Positions 26,024-36,584 of a stretch of DNA of 60,502 nt are shown here, in pieces. Source of the DNA: Octopus bimaculoides (lineage: Eukaryota). The stretch covers positions 160,163,092 to 160,223,593 of the forward strand of contig NC_068981.1 of the NCBI RefSeq assembly GCF_001194135.2. The letters are read 5' to 3'. Both the position numbers and the translations under genes were made by a program. The notes below the pieces were generated by a model that saw nothing but the letters and a program-made list of their open reading frames with translations, was not told where the DNA came from and did no database searches. Each line of letters opens with the position of its first letter. Within the stretch, counting starts at the first letter, position 1.

Positions 26024-26956
26024 TTTTATATAAGTGTAATTTCATTTTTACTGTCAATAGCACATTATTTTGTATTTATATTTGTTATTAAAAAATTTTT
26101 TTCACTATATTTTGATCTTTTTAAAAGCTTATATCTAAGTACTGGTGAATATACTTAAATTTATAATTTAGCCCACTAGGTAAAAAGGTTGGACATCTCT
26201 GCACTGGAGTATCTTTCAACAAGATTTAGCTGTTATTTCTAGCCATTCAAGCAACCATGAAAATGCTCTGGCATTGACTCATTTGCTGTTATAGTATTGT
26301 TCTGTTGTGTTGTAGATGTTTAGATGTTGCCAGTGGTTATTTGGACATGGAGTTACACTTACTGCATGGATTGGGCTACAACTATTCTCTCAGCTTATCT
26401 AAATCATTTGTTAGTTTCAATATTTTAATTTTGGCACTATAAATGGCTATTGTGTGTGTGTGTGTGCATATTGAGAACGGGTTTCCTGATTTATGAATTT
26501 GTGTGTGGCAAGACGAGTATAGATCAAGCTTTTTGTTAATGTAGAAATTATGTTCAATCTGTCATGCCTGTGAGTTCTCACTTCATTTACTCTTTATATC
26601 TCAGTATTGATTGAACATTATGTAACAAAACAATAGTTGTCAGGTATCTTAGGTGATAACAAGGAAATCTTCAGTGCTGATACACACATAAGCACACACA
26701 ACTGCTGCCACCCAATAATCTATCAAACAATACTGCAAAATTATTTGCAGATACTCTCATATGGAATGGATTATTTATTCACATTGTAATGGACACAGAC
26801 ATAACTGTGTAGTCAAGAACTTTGTTTTGCAACCAAGTTATTTCTGGTTTGATTTCATTGCATTGTCTTCTAACCTTAGCCTTAAGTTGGCCTGTGTCAT
26901 GTGAGTGAAACATGGTAGCTAGAACTGTGCAGAAGCCTATTAGATAAATATGTATT

Positions 26957-27103
26957 TGAGTGGTTGGCGTTAGGAAGGGCATCCAGCTGTAGACACTCTG
27001 CCAAATTAGATTGGAGCCTGGTGTTGCCATCTGGTTTCACCAGTCCTCAGTCAAATCGTCCAACCCATGCTAGCATGGAAAGCGGACGTTAAACGATGAT
27101 GAT
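26957..27103 (+). mobile_element. Family B short element, young copy
   Basis: Near-identical to 10742-10902; ends gcggacgttaaacgatgatgatg. Confidence 0.9.
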
Positions 27104-27154
27104 GCAAGTATGTATTTGTTTACAGTGGAGTAAGCAACTTCTTGTCAGAAGTAA

Positions 27155-27375
27155 AAGGCAGTGAGCTGGCAGAATTGTTAGCATGCTGAACAAAATGTAT
27201 AGTGGCATTTTGTCCTGCTTTACATTCTGAGTTCAGATTTCACTGAGGTCCACTTTGCCTTTCATCCTTTCAGGGTTGATAAAATAAGTACCAGTTGAGC
27301 ACTGGGGTTGATGTAATCAACTTAACCCCTGCCCTGAAATTGCTGGCCTTGTGCCAAAATTTGAAACCATAGTTA
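27155..27375 (+). mobile_element. SINE family C, second copy
   Basis: aaggcagtgagctggcagaa...gcctttcatcctttcagggttgataaaataagtaccagttgagcactggggttgatgtaatc. Confidence 0.85.
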
Positions 27376-28738
27376 ATGAAGAAAGTGAGGTAACTCTCTG
27401 GGGATGTAATTTTAGTAAACTTAGACGTTTGATAAATAGATATCAATAGAATGAGTGTGGAATTAAGTTTAAGTATTGAAATTAATATAATTGATTGAAA
27501 CACTAGGAGGCAGAGTCCCAGCAAAGCCTTTGTCCCATTGATTGAAAGCAGTAAAAAAAGGTTATTATATAATTGTAAGATTAAAATTTAGACAATGTGG
27601 AAGCTAACAATAATAACCCCAACTAAATTTTATATTCTAAAGAACCTACACTGACACATATACATTATTAGATAATGATAATGATTGACTATCAGCTTTT
27701 ATTTATCATACCTAGTCATCCCCACCCATATGGGAACAGTATTTCAACTCCCATAAAACTACCTACTTATTATCATCTCCATATATTACTGAAATGCATG
27801 TGTACAACAGTCAATATTTATATATCTACATAATAAATTGATTTGTTTACATATTTGTTTAATGATCTATTGTTGTTCTTAAAAGGTGTTGCCATTTGTT
27901 TGAGAATAGCTGTCTTAATTTTCTTATCCCTTAATTAATACCTATGTAGTCTATTGATTTTTGTTATCTAATGGGAAATTGCATAGTCTTAGTAAATTGA
28001 TAGCTTCTGCTTCGGTAGCTGATTCAAGGTTGTGCTGGTATCAGTTATATAATAGTATACAATAGGGTCAGAAATACTGGCAGATTTTCATCACAGAATC
28101 AAGAGGTGTAAATCTAACCTGGCATGTCTGGATTTAATATCCAGAAGTTAAATATAATGCTGTTTTTATTTATTTATGGTTTGCTCCACATTTACAATGT
28201 TGTCTAGTATTTATGTTTTAAAGAAAGCTACTGGCTTTTAGCCCAAAAAAAACAAGTTCTTTTCTTTTATTCATTTTTCTATAACATTTTTATTCATTGT
28301 TTTATAAAGCAAAACATAGATTTTAGTACAGAGAAATATAACCTTCATGAATAATTTACAATAGTATTTACTGGAATAATGTCAAAGACTGACAAAATAG
28401 AACTGTTGACATGAGCATTTATTAAGACGATGATGATGATTGAAAAACTACCCTCTCCATTGGCCCATAATTATGTGTTTGCACTATCCAGTTGCACATA
28501 CTTTCCTTAACAATTAGAGATTTATTAATCTAGTTATTGTTAGACACCACCATCTGATCTTTAGGTGCCCTTAGCAGCATTCTCTGTATGTATGCATTCA
28601 AAACAGAGTTTTGTGTTTTGACTGTGTTGCTTTTACTTTAGACTTGGCTTGCAAATGTTCTGACTGAACATCAACTTTATTATCTTACCAGTTTGAGAGT
28701 GCCTTTAAAGATCTCAGTTATTACCTCTCCTCTATGAC

Positions 28739-30483
28739 TCATCATCATCATCTTTTAACATCTGCTTTCCATGCTGACGTGGGTTGGGTGGTTTGACTGA
28801 GGATTGGCAAGCCAGGAGGCTGCACCAGGCTCCAATCTAATCTGACAGGATTTCTACAGCTGGATGCTCTTCCTAACGTCAACCACTCCAAGAGTGTAGT
28901 GGGTGCTTTTTACGTGCCACCAGCATGGGGGCCAGTCAGGCAACACTGGCATCGGTCATGCTCAAATGGTGCTTTTTACACACCACCAGTGTGGGTGCCA
29001 GTCAGGTGGCACTAGCATTGGCTACGACTATGATTTAATTTGACTCAACAGGTCTTCTAAGACTCAGTATATTGCCTGACGATTGAAGGGTACTTTTAAA
29101 CGGGCCAGTCATGCGACACTGTCATTGGCCATGGCTTCAATCTCACTTGGCTTGCCGGGTCTTCTCAAGTACAGCATATCTCCAAAGGTCTCGGCTGCTT
29201 ATCAATGCTTCTGTGAGGCCCAGCATCCGAAGGTTGTGCTTCACCACCTCATCTCATGTCTTCCTGGGTCTGCCTCTTCCACAGGTCCCCTCCACTGTTA
29301 GGGTGTGACACTTCTTCATACAGCTGTCCTCATCCAAATGCAACACATGACCATACCAGCAGTCATCTCTCTTGCACACCACATCTGATGTTTATGTCCA
29401 ACTTTTCTCTCAGAGCACTTACATTCTATTGTGTATGTACACATACACATTACATATCCAGCGGGGCATACTAGCTTCATTCTTTTCAAGCCTACGCATG
29501 TCCTCAGCAGTCATGGCCCATGTTTCACTGCCATGTAGCATAGCTGTTTGCACACATGTATCATACAGTGAGTGAGAGGCCCTTTGTTACCAACAGAGGT
29601 AGGAGCTCTCTGAACTTTGCCCAGGCTATTCTTATTCTAGCAGCTATGCTCTCAGAGCATCCATCCCCATTACTGACTTGGTCACCTAGGTAATGGAAGC
29701 TATCAACCACTTCTAGTTTTTCCCCATGGCAAGTGATGAAATCTGTTTCCTGTACATCTTCAGTGTTTACTCCCCTGTGCATCTGCCACACACAAAAACT
29801 ATCTTCCTTTGATATTGCTGCACTTCTTATGTGTCTATAGCTTACACTGGATACATCTTATGGAGTTTCTACCTATAGCTTTTTTACAGATCAAGCAGGG
29901 CCATCTACCTGAAGGGATTTGTGATTTGTCTGTCTTCCTACTTATTAAGACTTTGGTTTTCGCTAGATTGACTCTAAGACCCTTTGATTCTAGACCTTGC
30001 TTCCACACCCTAAACTTCTTCTCTAGTTCTAGTAGTGACTCAGCTATTAGAGCAAGGCCATCAGCATAGAGGAGCTCCCAGGAGCAGCCTGTTTTGAATT
30101 CCTTTGTTATTGCCTGGAGGACTATGATGAATAAGAGGGGGCTGAGGACTGATCCTTGGTGAACCCCTACTTCTACCCGGAATTCTTCTTTATACTCCTT
30201 GCTAACCCTCACCTTACTGACAGCATCTCTGTACATGGTTTGTACAGGTCTCACCAACCACTCATCTACCCTAGTTTCTGCATTGACCACCAGACAAGAG
30301 ATTGAGGTCTCTGTCAAATGATTTCTCCGTGTCAACAAAAGCCAAGTACAGAGGTTTATTTTGGCTAGGAATTTCTCCTGCAGCTGTCTTACCAGAAATA
30401 TAGCATCACTGGTGCTTCTCCCTGGCACAAACCCAAACTGCATCTACACTAACTCTCTCCCTAATTAATTGGGCTATGACCCT
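28739..30483 (-). mobile_element. 5'-truncated RTE LINE: RT core, C-terminus, 3'UTR and (GAT)n tail
   Basis: Reads MQFGFVPGRSTSDAIFLVRQLQEKFLAK...VEVGVHQGSVLSPLLFIIVL...ELLYADGLALIAE (YADD changed to YADG)...LRVNLAKTKV...LEVVDSFHYLGDQV...ARIRIAWAKFRELLPLL. The 3'UTR ends in the family B sequence and a (cat)n tail. Confidence 0.93.
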
Positions 30484-32980
30484 AACTTAGTAATTTATAG
30501 TATATGTGTTGAAAACATATAGAACAGCTTTTTTGTTTTCAAATATGTCATATTAAAGACATTAATATATTTGGGTTTAGACTTTTATTATTCATGATTT
30601 TTAATATTTCTTTAATTAATCCTTTATGATTAGTTTGGACCAGTTGTCCTCCTAAATCCTTTAGCCCATTGATAGTTCAAGACCTTGGTTTTCATTATGA
30701 GAATGAAGTGATGGTGATAATAGATGTTGTTGTTGTACTTTGCAGTAGGTCACAGAAGGTCCTGGGGAGACTGTTATAACTGATAAAATTAAGCAACATG
30801 CCATTATTACCATCAGTTCATTCTGATGATGAGACTAAAAAAATCTTGAAATGCTAAAAGGCTTGAGAATGCTATTATTCCAAGCTAAACAACAATGACT
30901 AATAAAGAAATATGAAAAACTCTTAATAAAAAATTGCTAAATTGTGTGTTTAATATAGTTCATATATATAAAAATTAGTCGAGTTTGTAACCCAATTGAC
31001 TGATTTCACTAATGTCTTAGAGCAAAGCATCAGGCATCACATCAGTTACACTTTCTTTCATAAGGATCCCTATTTTTCATAATGCTAAAATTTTGAAATA
31101 GACTGTGACTTTTAGGAGAAAGAAAGGTGATAACTTTATTTTTCCTTTTTCTGATAACTAAAATAAATGTTACCACTTTATAAATATCATTATGTTGTGA
31201 AAAAAGTAGAGAGGGATTTTTAAAAAATGATAGGATTATAATTTAGTTAGGTTATTAATCTCATCTTCAGAGATGAAAGATATTTTAATATTTACATCTA
31301 TGGTGTATATGTAAATATTGAAAAAGCTTTTCATCTCTGCAGATATGGTTAATAGTGCGAATAATTATAATTTTATTAACAAATCATCTTAGACACTTAA
31401 ATATTTCAAAAAAAAAAGGTGGGTGGGAGAAAAGGAAAGCAAAATCCATTACATCTTTTTATTTGTCTGAAGTAAAAACATAACAGAAATGTCGAAATGT
31501 AGTTGAATGATCAATAATTATTAGTCAAAGTTTTCTGAAACCAGAGTAAAGAATTAGGTTAGTTTCAAAAAAAAAAAAAAAAAAGTTTTGAAAATAGCAA
31601 TGTTTATAGCCAAATAAAAGTTTATACACTAAAGAAATAAAGTAGTTTATTTACAGTCACTCTGAAATAAGTTTTGGTTGAATAAAATTTTTGTTCTGAC
31701 TTTATTAAATTAAAGATTCCTTATAGTACAACAATCAGCAGTCATAAATATCTTGTATAATACTGATATGTCTTGTATATTAAATTATGTATGCAATACA
31801 ATATTGCATAGTTTGAGAGAATTAGATAAAGGTTATCACAATAGATTGCTTCATTAGTCATTGTATTTTACTTCAATATTAAATACTAAAATATAAAAAA
31901 AAAAGTCACTGATCTTATATTCTGATTCTGGACAAATTAACCCAAAATCACTAACAGTGAAATGTAAATGCCTTCTTAATAATTGCTTCATGTGGCTCAT
32001 TATTACACTGTTAGCACATCATTTGTGAAATTGTAACATTGCTTTGTGCTTTTAATTATCCTCATTAATGGCCCCCTCCTTAAAGAGGAAGAAAAAATTG
32101 GCATGGTTCATTATTAAAAATAGCTTCCAATTGTTAATTTGCAAAATTCATGCAAATTTACAAAACCTTTGAAATCCAGTTAGAATCAAAAGAGAAATAA
32201 AATGCTAAAAAATGAAAAAAAAAAAAGGACAACATAAAGTTATTGTCAAGATATGTGAATTATTACCTCATTATAACGGTATGTAAATTGTGCTATGTAG
32301 GGGATAGAATCATGGGAAGCAGGTTGTTAAAACAGCATAATACCCTTATAGGTTGTGCTTAATGCCAGCAATCTTCTAACTTTTTTTCTCTTTTTGATAA
32401 ATATACCATTCCAAGGAATAATGTTTTGTACAGTCAGTTACAAAGCAAACAATTGTAATGTGATATTTATTTTGAACTTTAGAAATTTGATTGCTGAAGG
32501 GAAATTTATGCAGCAAATAATGATATAGTTAACTGGTAGTGTGATCAAAATGGAGAAAGGTTTACAATGACACTAACTAAATATTTGTCTTTGATTTCAC
32601 TTCAAATGTAGTCACAATGATTCTCATTTTGGTTTATTAATGTTTGATTGTGCTTCTCCCTACATAATCTCAAGCCATTTACCAGGTCAATATGGCTGCC
32701 ATTTCTGAAATAGGCTTAGATGGCTTTAAAATCGACACATTCTTGTCCTGTGGCATTGTGGATAATGAGGTCAAAATGCTGTTAGTTACAGTAAAATTTT
32801 ATATGTTCAGTCTTCACCAGACACATTGTTTATATGTACACATAAGGTACTGAAGATACATAGAAAGTATAAAGATGAATTTGACATTTCAATCACTTTT
32901 AATTGGTTTATCAACTTCTTTTTAGCATGAAATAGGTAAAATTGAAAGGAATTTTATGATGTTGCTGTTTTATTTCATAG

Positions 32981-33126
32981 GTGATGACCGTGGCCCAGTT
33001 TTGGAGGTTATTGTGTCTCGAACCAACTTCATATCATCTCACACAGAAAGAAATGTTCGAATTGTTGGTTTGTCTACAGCATTAGCCAATGCTAGAGATC
33101 TTGCTGATTGGCTTGGAATCAAACAA
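32981..33126 (+). CDS. ASCC3: ASCC3 internal exon (motif III)
   Basis: tttcatAG|32981 and 33126|GTAAGG. Translates (G)DDRGPVLEVIVSRTNFISSHTERNVRIVGLSTALANARDLADWLGIKQ. Confidence 0.96.
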
Positions 33127-34589
33127 GTAAGGATTGTACATAAATTATTACTTACAATAATAATCCCATTACTTTCTAATACTGCACAAATTTTCCGATG
33201 TAAATATTTTCAAATCAGTTTTTTTTGTATTCTTTAATTAAAAAATAGAACAGACAGGTGATAATTACTTCTTGAGCACTCAACCATTCTGATGATGATG
33301 AAAAGTGAATGGACAGAAACCCAGGCTGTTTACTGTATTACAGCATCATGAATACTCTCTTATTTTAGTGTAAATATTAAAAAGCAGAAAGCAGGACATA
33401 TTAGCATATTCTGAATCCCAGTTGTAGTACCCTGAAAATGTAATGAATATTATAACTTTCATTTCCCTTTCTTAAACTCCATGTATCTGCTCTAAAGCAA
33501 GACACCTCAACTGGCACATGTCTATATTGGCCACTCCAGTTAAATTTGTCTAGAAGACAAAAAAAAGGCAACAAAAAAACCCTTGCTGGCTTCATGACAG
33601 TTTTCTTTATTTTGTCTCATCATGGTTCTCTCTCTGAAGTAGTTTTACAGTCAGGTGCTATTCCCAGTGCCTCATACAACATGCAGGTAAACAGAGTACC
33701 TATTCTAAAAACCAGGTTACACTCAGTAAAACTTTTGCTATGATAGTCAAAAATATTTGTGAAGAATATAAAAGTGAAAGTATATTATTAATTTTTCTCA
33801 TTCATGTTTTAACTGTTATCATAGGGTTGTATTAATGCAGATATCATGAATGATTTTTTGTCAAAACACCACTGACATGTGTCTTCATTAGAGCTAATCA
33901 GCATAGAATACATGTCTGTCTATCCCCCTCCCTACCATCCACACATTCACCCACCCACCCTTCTTTTCTTCCTCAAAGAAACTTGAATTGATCAATGCAT
34001 ATGTTGCTTGAAATGTTGAGTGAAATGTAACATCTGTGGTAACGATTTACAGCAAAGTTGACAAGGCTGTTAAGACTTACAGGCTAGTGCTTTATGGTAG
34101 GATGCAAATTGTTAATAATTTAGTGAATGTGTGTATTGATGGGTGGCTAGATCAATAGGGTACAACATAAACAACTGAGTGGTTGTTTGTGTGTATTTTA
34201 TTACTAGCACATTTCTGTGTCCATGGTGAAAACACTAAGTTCTAGCACTAAGTAGGGTGTAACTTAGTGTATTTGGTAAGCAATGGAATAGGGGAATTTG
34301 TGAGTATTGTGTTGGACTAAGATGGATCAGGTGTCTTATCCAGGGAGAGTTTTGTTTTTTATCTACTAAATGCTATGGAAATTGGAAGCACTATCCCATT
34401 GGAACATTAGGATTCAGAAAAGAAACAGAAAAACTATTGTGCTAGCCGTATGATGCCCTATCAATTTTACCATCTGTCTTTCTGCGTTAGCATGTACCCA
34501 GTAATGCTTAATTAGCTTTAAACATTGTAACTATTTTGGCTTTTCTTAAATAAAAATATATGTGAGGGAGTCAATTATGTTGTTGCTGT

Positions 34590-34860
34590 CATCACACCTA
34601 TCATTATTGTCCTCATATCCACTTTTCCATGCTTGCATGGGTTGGACAGAATTTGCCGAAGCAGGTTTTCTATGGTTGGATATCCATTCTGTTGCCAACC
34701 CTCACCTGTTCCCAAGTAAGGTAATATTTTCTCATGACCAGACATATTTTTACAGAAGACTGGAAATGGAGGACATTGCTTGCATGACAGTGACACTTGT
34801 TCACAACTGTCACACAGTATCATGGCAAGAAGACATAAACACACACACACATATACATAC
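34590..34860 (-). mobile_element. RTE-type SINE 3' module
   Basis: ccacttttccatgcttgcatgggttggacagaatttg...ggtaatattttctcatgaccagacat. Confidence 0.75.
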
Positions 34861-34869
34861 ACACCACAT

Positions 34870-35700
34870 TTCATCCCCCTAACATCTATCACTTCTCTAT
34901 CACCTGAAAGCAGAGTAGGCACGTACTACATCCGACAGCTTTCTCAGCTGCCTCCTTTTCCCCACCCTGAACCACTTTCATTTCTCATTATCTTCCCCTA
35001 CCTATTGTCTCCACCAATCACCACCTTTCTATGCCTTCTCTCTTTTTCTTTTGTTCCTCACCATTAACACTTCATTTATCTGCTATCACCCTCAATGTCA
35101 TCATATATTGACTGCAACTCCCCCTCCCCAAGCCTCTCCTATATTTTACTCCATCATTTGCTACAGTCAGCTCTATCTTGCTCACTCACCAAGTTCAAAC
35201 CTCTGTATCACCTCAATTATTTTCACTACCTCCAATATCTCGCAAGGGTATATCTCAACACATCTTCACCACCATCTCTTTCCCTATTGTTCTCTTACTC
35301 TTTCAGTTATGTGCTCTCTTTATCTTACTCTCTAACTTGCTCTCCTTTCTCTTCCAACTGGGGTCTCCATGTATCTGCTCTACAGCAAGACACCTATCCT
35401 TGTTCTTTTATACCTCTAATTTCTCAACTGGCACAAAGCCACCACCTTCTCAGTGAAGGAGCTTTATCTTGCAAGTTACTTGGTGACCCTGTAGGAACTG
35501 GTGCCACTTAAAAAGCACTATTGCTGGTGCCATGTAAAAAGCATTGGTACTGGTTGGCATTAGGAAGGGCATCCAACTGTAGAAACCATGCCAAAACAGA
35601 CAGTGGGGCCTGGTGCAGTTCCTGGCCTTACCAGTTCGTGTCAAATCATCCAACCCATGCCAGCATGGAAAACAAACATTAAATGAGGGCAATGATGTTG
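34870..35700 (+). mobile_element. Family B variant preceded by a ~550-bp pyrimidine-rich tract
   Basis: A CT-rich stretch, then ccatgtatctgctctacagcaagacacc (also at ~33480), tcttgcaagttacttggtgacc and the standard family B tail. Confidence 0.6.
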
Positions 35701-35769
35701 ATGATGTTGACGTGTGTGTGTGTGGATAGATAGATAGATAGATAGGCAGGCAGGCAGGCTTGTGAGAGG

Positions 35770-35847
35770 ATTTGGTAGGTAGAAACTGACAAAAGCATGT
35801 TCGATCAATCGATCAAACATGCTTTTGTCAGTTTCTACCTACCAAAT
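35770..35847. repeat. 78-bp hairpin (37-bp arms, 1 mismatch, 4-nt loop) made of SINE A sequence
   Basis: atttggtaggtagaaactgacaaaagcatgttcgatc-aatc-gatcaaacatgcttttgtcagtttctacctaccaaat. Confidence 0.92.
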
Positions 35848-36163
35848 GTAGCCTGGGGCTATATTTGAAGATATTTACCTAAGGTGCCTTGCAGTGAGAT
35901 TGAGCCCAAAAACCATGTGGTTGGATAGTAAATTTCTTACCACACAGCTATACCTCCACCTCTATATACATTTGTATATGAAGATTCTCTTCTATTTTTC
36001 TATTTTTTTATGCTTTAAAAATTTTCATGTAACAATATTAATATTGTGATTGTTGGAGGTTTTCTTGTGAGGATTTGTTACTTCTGATGAAGAAATTTAT
36101 ACAGTTTATTTAGACCTTTACAATTTTGACTAAATAGACAATTTTTTATGGCATTTTTTGCAG

Positions 36164-36284
36164 ATGGGCTTATTTAATTTTAGACCATCTGTACGTCCAG
36201 TTCCTCTAGAGGTACATGTTTCTGGATTCCCAGGGCAACATTATTGTCCACGAATGGCTTCTATGAACAAACCAGTCTTCAATG
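36164..36284 (+). CDS. ASCC3: ASCC3 internal exon (RecA1-RecA2 linker)
   Basis: ttttttgcAG|36164 and 36284|GTATGT. Translates [40 protein letters not shown]. Not in the ORF track. Confidence 0.95.
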
Positions 36285-36584
36285 GTATGTATATTTCAGT
36301 GTTCCTAAATAATTATTGTATATAAACTTTTGAGCTGTTGTGCTCATCACATTAACATTTTCTTTGGCAATAGATTCAATTTGATTTGAGTTAAATCGAC
36401 TAGCTCCACTCTATTTTCTGATAGCTAATTTTATTGAGATGGAAAGAATGACATTTGCAGCTAATAAACTATTAACTGCAAATCATATCAAACGACATTC
36501 TACTTTTTACAATGTCTTTGAAAGCTCTATTTAACTGAAGAAATGAGACATATTTGAAACATAAACATGGTGTGTAAGAAGCTT

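Larger units (their letters stand above)
23512..26201 (+). mobile_element. Full-length hAT (SPIN/Buster/Charlie-type) transposon fossil, 2690 bp
   Basis: TIRs CAGGGATGTCCAGCC and GGTTGGACATCTCTG match at 13/15. The 8-bp TSD is cgctagag (23504-23511) versus cactggag (26202-26209), 6/8 match, with central TA in the left copy. Confidence 0.9.

Noticed and set aside
33283-33330. Further CTGATGA…GAAA matches as hammerheads (also ~36085)
   Set aside because: There is no stem II or III complementarity; they are expected by chance in (GAT)n-rich DNA.
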